From NCBI RefSeq assembly GCF_009914755.1, contig NC_060934.1: a DNA stretch of 64,000 nt; one strand, written 5' to 3'. This document shows positions 1 to 14,775 of this stretch, in pieces. Each line of letters begins with the position of its first letter. Positions within the stretch are counted from its first letter, which is position 1. This DNA is from the human T2T-CHM13v2.0 reference genome, Homo sapiens. A program made the position numbers and the translations under genes. The notes below the pieces were generated by a model, which searched no databases, was not told where the DNA came from, and saw only the letters and a list, made by a program, of their open reading frames with translations.

Positions 1-415
1 CAGGTACAGTAGCTCTCACCTGTAATCCCAGTGCTTTGGGAGGCTGAGACAAAAGGATTGCTTGAGCCCAGGAATTCAAACCCCATCTCTACGAAAAATA
101 AAAAAAATTAACTGGCACAGTGGTGCATGCGTGTAGTCCTAGTTACTCAGGAGGCTAAGGTGGGAGGATTGCTTGAGCCCAGGATTTCAAGACCAGTCTG
201 GGCAACATAGCGAGACCCCGTCTCTAAAAAATAATACTAAAATTAAGCAGACACGGTGGCTGCACACCTGTAAGTCCCAGCTACTCAGGAGGCTCAGGTG
301 GGAGGATCACTTAAGCCCAGGAGGTCAAGGCTGCAGAGAGCTGTGATTGCACCACTGCATGCCAGCGTGGGCAACAGAGCAAGGCCCTGACTCTAAAAAT
401 AAATTAAAAATTAAA
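1..415 (+). mobile_element. Old Alu (AluJ-like), rearranged/chimeric with extra monomer
   Basis: cctgtaatcccag, ggaggattgcttgagcccagg repeated three times, A-rich tail. Confidence 0.85.
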
Positions 416-939
416 AATAATGAAAAAGATAAAATTCTCAAAGGAATTCTCTGGTATGGTCCATAAGGCCAAATGTTTGTAGTGCATCAGAAAATCACAT
501 TCTGTAAAGCTGGCTGGATTATTACAATATTAAACAGAACTTCCAAGATAGGACATGTAAAATAATTAAACATATATGTTAGTGTCATGATATGGTCCTG
601 CCTTTAGAGAACCAAATTTCAAAACAAAGCAAAGAGAGTTATCACTTGGATAAAATCTCTCCCATCCTTTTCTGTTTTTCTTTTAATACACTAATAGGGT
701 TTTCCTGTTTTTTTTTTCCATCATGTTAAGAAGGTTTGCATTTTTTGCTCATGTTATGATAATTTTTAAAAAAATCTCGATTCCACCAAGTCACGAGAGA
801 TTTTCAGTTGGAGGTGCGGTTCAAGGAAGGCTCCGATGAAGAATTAGGGGGCTGGAGAAGGAGCTTCCTTTCTCTGTTGGTGGATATCACCTGCTTCTTT
901 TACCCTATTATAATGTAATTAGAAAAAATATCCTATGAT

Positions 940-1400
940 TGTGATTTTCATGAATTGTTGGTGAGAATAGAAATTTCTAGAACCATTCCAGAGGGTAATT
1001 TGGCAATGTATACAAAGTTTAAATGTGCTGCCCTTTGACCCGAGAGAAATTATTGGAATGTATGTAGAAGAATATTCAACACAGCATTATTTATTAAAAC
1101 AAAAAATTTAGAAGCATCCTAAAAATGGTATCTGTCAAAAAAGAGAACAAAGAAATTCCAGGCAGTCATTAAAAGTAATGATATTGTTATGTAAAGGCCC
1201 CCATGGTACAGGAGAAAAAAATTATTACAAAACAGGATGAACAGCAAAGCTTCAATTTTGTTAAATTGTGTGTGTATGCATTTTAAAAGTCCATAAGGAT
1301 ATTCAAAATATTAACAGTTGTTATCACCAGGAAGTAGAATGTTAGATATTAGAATGTTAGATTTTTTAAAAAATATCTTTTCATACTGTCTGAATATTTT
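940..1400 (+). mobile_element. Ancient L1M(E) 3' fragment
   Basis: Degenerate L1 3' motifs (aatttggcaat, ccctttgacc, cagcattatttat). Confidence 0.5.
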
Positions 1401-1536
1401 ATCAAGAGCATATATGATTTCTCACTTGGGGAAACAAAGCACCAACCTTTCATAGCAGAACTTTGCAAGGTCCCATGACAGAGCACCTTCCTGAGACCCC
1501 AGAGAGAGAGCAGGAAGCAGGAGAATCTTGTCCTCA

Positions 1537-1945
<409 letters not shown>

Positions 1946-2145
1946 ATATTCTGAAAGAGAAGAAGTGTAAATGTCTCTGGCTTCATCTTGAAGAGGTTAT
2001 GAGGAATCCAAGTTCCAGAAATGGTGGTGCCTACCTTGGAGGTCATACGGCACCCCTGTGATAACAAGGTCATAGAGCAGCCCAGAACACTACCTGAAAA
2101 GCTGAGCTCCACTCAAGTTTAGAGAGCCCATAAAAAACACTGGTG

Positions 2146-2480
<335 letters not shown>

Positions 2481-3209
2481 TCAGGTCTCACTCGTCAGGG
2501 TGGAGGTTGGTTCCCAAAGATACTTAACACAAACCCTCTTCATCATGCATAGAAACACAGGGTTTACTGGCATAAATATTCTGGGCATGCCAGACAGTAC
2601 TTTCAAAGCAAAACAAAACTTAATTTAAAATAATAAACCTTCCATTGATGTTGATAATGAAGGAGATATATTACTAAGTCTTGCCTAATTTCAGAATCTT
2701 GAAAATAACTCTTAGCATGTGGGCCTAGTTATTTTATAATAAATAAATGATTCCAGCTATTTATCTTTAGATTCCATAACAAGCCTTTATTTATTTATTT
2801 ATTTATTTTTTTGATTTGTTTGTTTTCACAACAGTAGCATGACACAATTCCTTCAAGACTTCCCAGCCTGCAGGAGGGAGTCGCTGGCTAAACCTGGATA
2901 CAGGCCGGGATGCTACAACTTGCTGGTTGCTCAACTCTAGATGGTCAACTGTCCGTTCCCAGAGCTTTGGTTTCCTCATGCTGGCAGATCATCACTGATG
3001 TCCATTCCTTCCAGGTGTTTAGTTCGTAGGCCAGTCCTGAGTTGTTGAGTGAGAAAGTAGGAAGAGTACGCAGTGATAACATGAGGAGCAGAACAGAAGA
3101 CTCTTTTGTGTGACCTGGAACCAAAGGTGATCATGCTGGGGCAGAGTGTGGATAGGAGGCAGAAGGGACTACATTTCATGAGCACTTGTTATATATAAGA
3201 AGTGTTATT

Positions 3210-3520
3210 GGCTGGGCGCGGTGGCTCACGCCTATAATCCCAACACTTTGGGAGGCCGAGGCATGAGGATCACCTGAGGTCGAGAGTTCGAGACCTCGAG
3301 ACCAGTCTGGCCAACATGGTGAAACCCTGTCTCTATTAAAAATACAAAAATGAGCTGCGCGTGGTGGTGTATGCCTGTAATCCCAGCTACTTGGGAGACT
3401 GAGCAGGAGAATCGCTTGAACCCAGGAGGCAGAGGTTGTGGTGAGCTGAGAACATACCATTGCACTCCAACCTGGGCGACAGAGCAAAACTCTGTCAAAA
3501 AGAAAAAAAAAAAAAAAAAA
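3210..3520 (+). mobile_element. AluS
   Basis: Full dimer, TSD aagaagtgttatt, internal 8-bp tandem duplication tcgagacc. Confidence 0.95.
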
Positions 3521-3549
3521 GAAGTGTTATTGATGTATAATAAAAGCTA

Positions 3550-3905
3550 ATGTCTGCTGTGCCCCTTTCGTATGCCTGGAGCTATGCGTGTACTTTCCAT
3601 ATGCAATCTCATTGAGCCCAGCAACAATCCAATGGGATGAGGACAGTTGTGCCCATTCAACAGGAGAGAAAACTGAAGCCTTAGAGGTCACACAGCTCTA
3701 GGTGAAGAAGTCAGAACCGCAACCCAAGTCCAACCTGAGAACCTGAGCTCTTGACCACTAACTAAACTCTAACACCTCTCATTCACTGAGTAGGGATCTG
3801 AATCCAGGAGACGTAAGTAATTTGTCCAAAGTCACGTGGCTAATAAGCAGCAGAGTGAGGATTTGAAAGCAGATTTGTCTGGCACCAAAAACTCATGATC
3901 CTTCC
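3550..3905 (-). mobile_element. MIR fragments
   Basis: gaaaactgaagcc...ggtcacacagct and aagtaatttgtccaaagtcac...ggatttgaa match reverse MIR core. Confidence 0.7.
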
Positions 3906-4429
3906 CTTACATGCGATGTTTCCTCAGATTCTGACAGTGGAGGCATATTCTCAGCTGACTTACCAATGTTGCCAATTTGTCTCCACCCTGGAGTCTCAGT
4001 TGTTGGGTCCAGCCTTAAACCCAAAATGCAGTTGAGAAAATTGAAAAAAGAACCTTGGGTTTATGTGACCAGTAAGCCACACTAACCAAGACCATTTTAG
4101 ACTAAGTTTTTGAGATCTTAGGATACATGTTGTAACTTCTGTGGTATTTCCTTTTCAATTTTGTTTTGCTTTTTGAATGCACCTTTATGTTGCTGACTTC
4201 ATCAGTATCAAAGCCAACAAGGAGGAAAACTAATTATGGGGCCTAGAGTCAGCAAAAGGTCCAAGCCTGAATACAAACCCAAAAACAGGGTGGTTTTAAT
4301 TTTTTTATTTTTATTTTTTAGCTTGTCTGCTTTTGCTAAGGAGACCTTCCTTCTCTCCACCTGCCACCCCATGGAAGCTAGTTTTCAGGCACCCAGGACC
4401 CACCTGGGAGTATCACTGATACCACATTT

Positions 4430-4865
<436 letters not shown>

Positions 4866-5037
4866 TGAGTTTCTCAGCTGGTTTCCGGTGTTTTTAGTTG
4901 TATTTTTCCTCTTCTTGCTTGGCTCCTAGCGGTTGACGTTCACTGTTCTCTTCCACTTGCGGAAGCAGCACCATTGCCCCTGGGAAGACCTGCACTCTCC
5001 CGAGCACAGAGAGGTCTGCTCCGAGGCTGATTCCTTC

Positions 5038-5204
5038 CAGTACTTCCTGGGTCCTTGTCCCAGGAGGAGTTATTGGGGAGAGAGTAGTAACTCTCTGAAA
5101 GAGAAGAGGTGTAAATGTCTCTGGCGTTTGTAATTGTAAATGTGTCTGTAGTAGTAACTCTCTCTCCACCAAGTCCTCCTGGGACCAGGACCCAGGAAGT
5201 ACTG
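5038..5204. repeat. Imperfect inverted repeat (about 47-bp arms)
   Basis: 5038-5084 is the near reverse complement of 5158-5204; the 31-bp core has 1 mismatch. Confidence 0.9.
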
Positions 5205-6017
5205 CTACACTTTGTCACCAGGGCCCTGTGGTGTTTGCACCTTGGATCTACAAAGGGTCTCAAGGAAACAGTTTTCCAGTCGAGTTCTTTTTGAAATATC
5301 CCAGCATTGTCTTGGCTGGGGAGAGGGTTCTTCCTATGCACAGGAAAATGTCAGAGTCACATATGATCTAGTCAGAGGTCGGGGCAGTCATGTAAAAAAA
5401 AGCTGCGGCCCCGAGGATCGTCCCTTTAGGGTCTCATCTGTCAGAGCTGTAATCTACCCAGAGTAGCATAAAAGCCAACCCTGCTAAGGTTTAGCTGTTT
5501 AACTCCAGGTAGTCTGGCTCCGACTCCTTGACCTTCACAATTTTTTACAAAGGTTTCTAGTGATCTCTGGCGCCTGCCCAACCACCCACAAGGAACATAC
5601 TGCTGAGTTTCTGCAGATTTTTTTTACCTTTTACACAGATACTGCCTGGTGGGCTTGGAAAGAGAATTCCTTAGTCTCCTCTCAGTCCCGCAGGCATTTG
5701 GCTCATGAGATAAGGAAACTAAGACATACCAGCAACCAGCGCCAGCATTACTGGCTGAGAAATCTCGTTGACTTCAGGTCCTACCTGCATCACTTTCCCA
5801 TGTCCAAAATATCAAGAAACACATTCAGGAAACTTAAAAAATAAAAGCACCTTCTTGAGATAAGAAATATTTTAGAAGAAGCCTAAAAATAAAATATAGT
5901 CATGATCTACATCTGCCCAGGTGTCAGATTGACGTGTCTGAATTTTATTGGAGAAGCCCTGCTGCTTGATCGCAGGCAAGAAGTTTTAATCTTTGAAGTT
6001 CCATTTCTTAATCTATA

Positions 6018-6240
6018 ACTGCTCTGGCCAATATGGTAGGCACTTACCACTTGAACAGTACTGTAGGGGGAAAATACACTCTGGACTTCAAAGATATAGT
6101 ACCAAAAAAAGAATGTAACATATATTATGAATATATTATCAAGCATTTATCATTGATAATTTTAATAACAATTACATGAAGAGATTATTATATTTTGGAC
6201 ATACTGGGTTAAAGAAAATATATTATTAAAATTTTTTAAA
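6018..6240 (+). mobile_element. MER3-like hAT-Charlie DNA transposon
   Basis: ccaatatggtag...ggacttcaaagatatagtaccaaaaaaagaatgtaa...tattttggacatactgggttaaa resembles MER3 consensus. Confidence 0.7.
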
Positions 6241-7124
6241 AGAATGCAATCATGATCTGAATTTAGCCAGACTGCCCTTGCATGCTGAATGTAAAACAAT
6301 TCTGGATTTGAGAAGAGATTAAGTAGGACCCAGTGAAATGCTATGTTTCTGTGCTAACTATGGATAGGTGAGTCCAGAGAGAGAAACCGGGATGAGGTCA
6401 GAGGGATTCTGAGTCCTGCGGGCATATTTAATCCTCTGAATTCTTTAGGAATTCACTACCAAGTTCATTACTTGTTTGTTACCCTCTAGGCAGAAGGAAT
6501 TAAAACTTTAAAAAAGGAAAAAAAAATCTGCAGTGAGAAACAGATCAAAGAGAGCTGAACTTGGTCAGTGGCATGCAGGATAAATATTATTCCATGGCTC
6601 AAACAAATCTTCTGGCTGCCTGGGTGAGACATGTTGATAAGGCACTTTTAAGTCTCTTCTTTCCACTCCCCGTCTCTCTGGCCCTGGTGACCTCTTCTTT
6701 TTATTTCTCTGAGGGGCCCCTTGTGATATTTTAATAACCAGAAGGCAAAGACAATTATCTGAGTAGTGTAGGAAGACTTCAGATCTTCAGGCAGAACCAA
6801 GAGGAGTTGCATGTGTGCCCTGCCATGCTAACCCCTGGGGAGGGTGGGATGTTTCGTGTGTTATTACCCATGGGAAGCCATTTCTATTCTGTATCAATCT
6901 GCATTACCATGAGCTATGTAATCTTCTGCCCCTACCACCTCCAAGGAGATGGTTTTAATGAATGCACTTTTGAAAGTGCCTTGTGAAAAATGCAATATTA
7001 AGAACAACCGTCAGCAGCCTGGTGACAGCTATTGCTGATGGGATCCTAGGCTCTCTGAGCCAAGTGGCCCAGGAAGTTAGCAGATTCTCCAGCCTGTGAA
7101 AATAACAAAATGTCACCCTTCTTA

Positions 7125-7639
<515 letters not shown>

Positions 7640-9221
7640 CTACCAGTGTGAGTTTATTTGGAGGTGGTTGTCCAGACATTCCAGGGCGGCCGTTACAGTT
7701 GTTTCCATGCAACTCTAGGAGGAGCCTCTAGGAGGAGCCATCCGCCATGATGTTGTGCAGTGCACAACATGCCCAGTGGTACCCTGGACCCGCAGGAAAG
7801 AAGGTCAGATGATCCCTAATTGTCACCAGCTCTTATACTCCCATCTCATTCCTGATGAATATAGAACAAAGTACTGTGTGTCAAAAGTGTTCCATGGCAT
7901 TGATTTAAATATTATCCTGGGTTTCTTCTCAACTTACTTAAGCGAATTTACTTAACCATTCTTCTAAGTGATCTCCTCTGTGTTTGCTTCTCTAACATTT
8001 TTTTTAGGTAAAGTAGTCAGAACCAGAAATATCACATATGGGTAGCTTCTGGCACTGGCTGCAAGGGAGTCTGTGAAGTTTATGAAGTTCATCTACAAGG
8101 CCATGGGACTTGTATTTTAACATAAAAATCCGTAAACTTACTTACATAATTGCAGTTTCTTCAGAGTTATATATGCGAATCCCTTGATAGTTACTTTCAG
8201 AGACTGTCTCATCCTTTTAATTAAAAGATTTGGAAAGAATGATTTTTTAAAAGCCTTTTTATGAAAAATTTTGAGGTCATATTTAATCTGGGGAAAAGGT
8301 GATCAAAGAAAACATTAAGAGTTTTACCTATTTAAAAAAAAAACAGTGAGATAATAAAAGAATTACACTTCTTTTGTGTGTTAGCTTATAAACAACCTCA
8401 TGAAAAGCCCAAGAGATGTCTTAAAATATTTTTTGAGGGATAGTGTCATGTTGAAATAAATGACAACTGTAAAGAAAGATAGTCACTCGTTCTATAAAAG
8501 TAAGATTTAAAAGAAATTGTTTTTTTTTTTTTATTCACATCTGTCATGCGAGGATAATGCTCAGTTCTTGGTGTTTTACTCCTGATTGCTTGTTGAAGAA
8601 TACAAGGTAAAAATAAATTAAAATAACTACCCCAAAATGCTAAATTGAACTCTGCGGCTTGGCGTAAAATTTAGGGCTTATGTTTAAAAATTTATTTTTA
8701 AGAAAGTAATTCAGAGGAGGGAGAAACCACTGAAAACAGTAGTTCCTCTGCCAAGTTTAGCTGCTGACCATCTAACTGCCTGGCAACCAAATGTTCCATG
8801 AACTCCGAGCGCCAAGTAGCAGCCTTGGGCTGCCTCTGAGCATGCGCACAAACAAACACACTTGCACGGAGTGTTGCTCATTATGGATGGAGGACAGGCT
8901 GTTTACAAATCTGCCATAGATTAGGCCTCTGAACCCCAGGCGTAGTAGACAGAGGGATCCCACCGCTGTGCAGCTTGGACAAAAGGCGCTGTCCTCCACC
9001 CCAGGCAGAGTCCTTGCAGGAGCTGGAAGACTCCCGCTTGCAGCAGGGCACGGGCTGCCCATTGGAGCCAGAGCAGATCAGGGTGTTCTCAGTGTCCTGT
9101 CCTGAATGTACCGATCAGATAAGCCACAGGGCTTTCACAGGGATTGTTAATAAGGTGGGAAGGCCAGGAGGGGTGTCAGAGCAGTGACATTCCCTCCATC
9201 GGGATAGAAATAGAGAGGATG

Positions 9222-9440
9222 GGGCTGGGTGTGTGGCTCACGCCTCTAATCTCAGAACTTTGGGAGGCTGGGGTGGGAGAATCGCTTGGGGCCAGGAGTT
9301 TGAGATCAGCCTGAGCAACACAGTGAGACCCTATCTGTATGCACATACACATACACACACAAATACACAAGCCATAGTGAGCTATATGAGCACTCCACTG
9401 CACTCCAGCCTGGGTGACAGAGTGAGACCCTGCCTCAAGA
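9222..9440 (+). mobile_element. AluJ with internal deletion and CA-rich linker
   Basis: Left arm plus 3' end of right arm. Confidence 0.85.
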
Positions 9441-9660
9441 AGAAGGGAAAGAAAAGAAAAGAAGGAAAGAAGGAAGGAAGGAAAAGGAAGGAAACGAAGA
9501 AAGAGGGAAGGAAGGAAAAAGAAAAGAAAGGGGGGCAGAAGGAAGGAAGGAAGGGAAAGAGAGAGAAAGAAAAGAAGAGGAAGGAAGGAAGGAGAAGTGG
9601 AGGGGAGGGGAGGAAGGAAAAGGGAAGGGAAAGGAGGGGGAGGGAAGGGAAGAAAGAGTG
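9438..9660 (+). repeat. Polypurine (GGAA/GAAA)n tract
   Basis: About 220 nt almost purely A/G, grown from the Alu tail. Confidence 0.95.
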
Positions 9661-10539
9661 GGGTTACTTTTCCCTGAAAGTTCCCCTATTACCTAGAACA
9701 GAACATATGGAGACTTGAACTCTGAACTCTGCCCCACTTGTTGATTTTCATGTCAGCCCCTGAACATGCCAGGGCATGGAGTGGGTATCAATAAATGTCA
9801 GTTTTCACAGTATTATCCTCAGGTCCCTGTTTCTTCCTTGCAAAATAAGCTTCCTGGACAATATTTTCTTCAAGATCCCTCCCAATTATGGAAAAACAAC
9901 TTGCTGTTCCACTAAAGTCTATTATACAATAGGCTGGAGTCTGACTAAATTAAACTTTTTTCCCCCTATGCCAGTTGGCTTATGTAGACACAGCCTGGGG
10001 ACCGCCCCCCCGCCCCCCACCGCCGCCCACCCTCTCCCCCCCTCCCACAACCTCCAGTTCCAGCAAAAAGGGGCCTGGGGCACCAAGAAAAAGATAACTC
10101 AAATCTCTCCTGATGAGATACTATGTGGGTGCAGGATTCATACTGAGTTGGGAGATAATCTACAGTATATTTAGAAATTGAATTAATCATTTTGAGAGAG
10201 AATAGGGAAACAACAGTGAATACAAGAGGAAGCGGGAGAAAGGAAATGAAGAATGCAGAACCAAAAAGCACACAATCAAGACAGCACAAGAAACAACAAT
10301 AGACGATCAGGACAGTCTTCCATTCGAGAAATGTAACCATTGATAAAATCGTCTTGTTCAGGTTGGTCAATGTCAGAACTTCATACTTTCCCAGCACCAA
10401 CTTACTGTCACTTCTTTAATTAGAATCCTTGGAAAATAAATGTGCCTGGGTGCTATCAGCAAATGAACATACCTTACAGCAGGGACTAAAAGTATAAAAA
10501 TGAACCAAAGGGCTCCTTACTGTAGAAATGGATCTCACC

Positions 10540-10776
10540 TTTGATTCTCAAATGGGGATGATTTTGGCTACATGGGACATTTGGCAACACCTGGAGACAT
10601 TTTTGGTTGTCACAACTGGGATTGGGTTGCTACTGGCATCTGGTGGGTGGAAGCTAGGGATGCCACTAAACATCCTAGGGTGCACAGGACAGCTCCCCCA
10701 CCACCACTCCCCAACACACAAACCCCAAGAATTATCCAGCCCCAAGCGTCAACAGCACTGTGATTGAGAAGCCCCC
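10540..10776 (+). mobile_element. MER20 (hAT-Charlie)
   Basis: gggacatttggcaa..ctggagacatttttggttgtcacaactggg..tgctactggcatct..agaattatccagcccc. Confidence 0.85.
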
Positions 10777-13700
10777 GTCTCAACTAGGGAAAAACACAGG
10801 AAAGATGTAGCACTATAATCCTGGTGGTTTTTTAGGCATTTCGCTGCCATCAGAAGCAACATTTTAACTGCTGCCACAGGCCCTGGAAGCTGATAGTGCT
10901 CTCATAAATCTGTGTGTCTGATTCCCAAGTACACAGAGGCAGCCTTCTCAAAGGTTGGTTGGGTCTCCCAAGGAGCAGTAAAAAACTACTATGCAAATGC
11001 ATCCCATGAGCTTACAAGCAGAAACAGTTCAGTCCTGGAGATACAGATATCTGATAACTGTTCTCTGAAGCCATTTAAAAAGCCTTTCCCTGGAGAAAGA
11101 AGAGGCCAGAAATGATTTAAATAAGGAAATCAGCAGGTACCACACCAGCTTGTCTGGCAAGTATGTGAATCTAAGGCCATAAGCCCCTGCCTTGGTGGAA
11201 CGATGAAGAAGACTCCATGTCCATACTAAATTGTCCCTCAAAAAAAAAAAAAAAAAAGGCTAGGCAAAACTGGTGACCGAGGCAAGGCAAGGCTTAGATA
11301 GAAAAGATTAGTTATCAATGAGAGAATGGAAAGTTCTAGATGCACCTGATGTTATTTCCAGATATTGCCCACAGGAGCTTGAAGCATGTAGTTTAGACCT
11401 TAGATAAGCAGGAATCCACATTCCCAAGACACATTTCACCACTACCCCAGGTTCTTTCTTGGAATAGCCAGTTTCACCAAGTGTTCCTGTGTTTCCCTTC
11501 CATCTGCCTGTTTTTCCCAACCTCAGATGACAGGAATAGGCAGCTGCCCCTTGCCAAGCATTGGTGGGAGATTCCCAAATGTTCACCTGCTGCAGGGACA
11601 AGGGCAGGGTTGGACTGACTCCATAACTTTAGCTGGAAGCCTTGCTCAGGAGTGCCCCCTACTTGATGAAGGGAAAAGGTCAGACAAATGGTCTCAAAGA
11701 ACTGAAAGGTAAGCAGAGAAGAGTGATTCTGCGCATGGTTCCAAATTATGGTCAGACCATGTTCTAAGATGCTTCATTGGGGTGCAAATTTAACAAAGCT
11801 GGGTCTATTTCGATTTTTAAAGTTATTCTATATCAACTAAAAAAAAATAGTACAGTGACCTAGAACAGAGACAAAAATAAGTGCTCATCTCTGAGGCCAG
11901 GCTGGTGGACACATTGGGGCTGCCTGGAGGCTGGAGGGAGAAAAAGTCTGAGAACTCCCCAGTGTAACGAAGAAGACTGGTGGTGGAAATGCTGCCTGCC
12001 TGGGCTGGGAGGGAGGAAGGAGTTTCCCTCTACCGCCCTAGTGTTCCTATCTGCCTTGCGTGCTAGAAACCCAACTAGGCTTTACTATACCTGTTTGTAT
12101 CACAGAATTTCTGTCCAAAAAGATTTGAATCTATGATCAACATGAACCAATTCAGAGGTCAGAAAAGTAGTATTTTGTTCACCTCTATTAAAGTTTCCCT
12201 ATTTCCAATCAAGACTCATTTAAAAATCCTACGTTTAACAGATTTTGAAATATGGCAGAACTTGAAGCCTAGCCCTTTGCAGGACTAATTCATACCAGTA
12301 AAGAAAATAATGTTAGTAAGTAGGTGCTTGTCATTGAAGCTGTTATTCACATTTTTCCCCCTGGGGGGGAAAAAAAAGAGTCAGGCTTTCAGCTACCTCT
12401 ATTAAATTAGCCATCATCATAAGCATTATTTAGTGATTTTCCTCCATGGGTGCAAGGCACTCCACTAGGCAAAGTCGCTTTCTAGTAAAACTCTCATAAT
12501 GTCCTCTGAGATAAGTATTGTACCTATTTTGTTTGTAATCAGTGAACTTCAGAACCTCATAGAAGCTAGATGATGTGCCTGAGATACCATTGGTAAATGG
12601 GTGAGCACTTTATTTCTACGTCTTGTCTATTGGATATGGAGGCAGATTTCAGGACTTGAAAGGAAGGAAAGGGGATTTCTGCAGGGTCTGCTTAACTAAA
12701 CGGATTCATAAGCGAGATGTTGGTGGTGCTATTTCGTGATGAACCAGGTTGGAATCTCCTCAGAATTTCCTGAGAACAGCAATGGTAGAGATTTCCCAGC
12801 ACACAAGATGGCGGGCGATGGAGACATGGAGAGCGTCAGCACACACTGGACAGGAGCAGAGAGAGGAGAGGAAGGGATGAGGATGACACACTGTGATCCA
12901 AGCATGTGTTTTTCTCAGCTCTCGTTTATAAGACTGTGTGGAACCCCTCATTAATAAATATTAAGATGGTACATGTCCATTTAATAAATGTTAATAACTC
13001 ATCAGGTTTGTATTTTAAACCTCATGCCTCTAACAAATTGAACTAAAATAATTTAATTTAGTGGAGAGAACAGTAGATGGAGGGAAATGTGTTCTGAAGC
13101 CTCATTTTGGGTTTTCTTTCCCCAAAAGGGCATCCGGCCAGAATGAACTTCAAATATGAAGAAATTCCACAAATAATGCATTTTCTGTTCTTACCTCCAT
13201 GCCCTTATTGAAAACACCATTCACTGTTCTTCCAGTAAGTTCCTTCGTTCAACAATCGGGCCACTGTCCCAGAGACTTGGCAAGGGCCTTTGACATCACC
13301 AACAGCAAGGGAAATGTTTTAACAGCTCCGTTAATACGGCAACAGAGGTTTATTGTTATCAAACAGACCCGTTAAGCCAAGCCACTGCGACTCCCACGGG
13401 CCCACCTGCTCTGCTTGGAAGACCCAAAGACTGACAGGGCCAAGTCTCTGCAAGGCTAAGGATTAGTTTCGTCCTTACGCGGGAGAGCAGGGACCACAGA
13501 GTGCAGAGATTTAGAGGCGAGAACTAGATTTGAGTCCAGAATCTGTGGATCTGTCACCTGTGGCAAATTGCTTCATATTTTTAAAGCTTCATGCACTTAG
13601 CACTTTGCCTGTTACACAGTAAACACGTAATAAATAGTAGTAGTTTTTACAAAAAATTTTAGAATTTGAGTTATTTTATGTATTTATTTTATGTGTTTAC

Positions 13701-13928
13701 CATTATATATGCATCTTTATATATTTATAAATAAATTTACTTATGTATTTATAAATGTATAAAATATAGTTACACTTAAAATATTGTATATTGAAATAGT
13801 AAATATATTTTATATACTTATAAATAAATTATTTTATATATGCATACCTTTAAAATAAATCTTAAAAGTAGAGTTTGATAAATTTCTACACATATGAAGG
13901 TCACCCAGATCAAAATATAAAACATTCC

Positions 13929-14212
13929 AGCCAGACAGGGTGCCTCACATTTGTGATTCCAGCACTTTGAGAGGCTAAGGTGGGAGGATCAGTTAAGGCC
14001 AGGAGTTCAAGGCAAGCCTGGGCAACACAGCAAGATCCCATCTCTACAAAAAATTTAAAAAGTTAGTCAAGTGTGGTGATATGTGTCTCTAGTCCCAGTT
14101 GCTCAGGAAGCTGAAATGGAAGGGTTACTTGAGTCCAAGAATTTGAGGCTGCAGTGAGCTATGATTACACCATGGCACTACAGTTTGGTAACATAGCAAG
14201 AACCTGTCTCTA
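13929..14212 (+). mobile_element. AluJ
   Basis: Diverged full dimer inserted in an old L1. Confidence 0.9.
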
Positions 14213-14410
14213 AATATATAATAATAAATATAAGTATATATTATATAAATAACCATATATAAATATATAAACATATACATCATGAACAATTAAATATAAA
14301 TATATTTATATTTACTTACATTTATAAATATATTACTATAATATTTATAATATAAATATCTAAAATAATATAATATATAGATATATTTATTATATATATG
14401 TGTGTATAAA
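14213..14410. repeat. AT-rich (TA)n-like low complexity
   Basis: About 200 nt nearly all A/T; followed by a short reverse Alu fragment at 14411-14448. Confidence 0.9.
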
Positions 14411-14469
14411 TTTAGAGATGGGGTCTTGCTATGTTGCCCAGGCTGGAGCGTGGTATATATTATATATGT

Positions 14470-14775
14470 ATAACATTTCCAGCACCCTAGGGCTCTATCA
14501 TGCTGCTTCCTCATTATACCTGCCCCTCTTCCGAGAAAACAGTTTTCCTGATGTCTATCACCGTACATACATTTTGACTGTATATGTTCTCTGTCGTGTC
14601 TGGTTTCTTGCACTCAGTATTATGTCACAGTCTGTGTTGTTTTGTCTATCAGTGGGCTATTCTCTTTTACTGAACAGCATTCTGTCGTGTGGATACACCA
14701 CAATTGATTTCTCCACTTCACTGCTGATGGACATTTGGGTTATTTCCAGTTTGGGGGCATTCTTGTACATGTCTC
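14470..14775 (-). mobile_element. L1M 3' fragment
   Basis: gtctggtttcttgcactcagtat..ggatacaccacaatt..gatggacatttgggttatttccagtttgggg. Confidence 0.75.

Noticed and set aside
2820-3200. Possible lncRNA exon or processed pseudogene (acceptor-like tgttttcacaacag after a T-rich tract)
   Set aside because: No recognisable ORF or parent gene, no TSD, no clear donor; cannot be supported without transcript data.
4894-5341. Minus-strand ORFs sharing PETFTxLLFQ / ARDIYTSSLSE with translations near 1950
   Set aside because: The similarity reflects the 32-bp DNA duplication and appears in more than one frame, so it is not evidence of a protein family.
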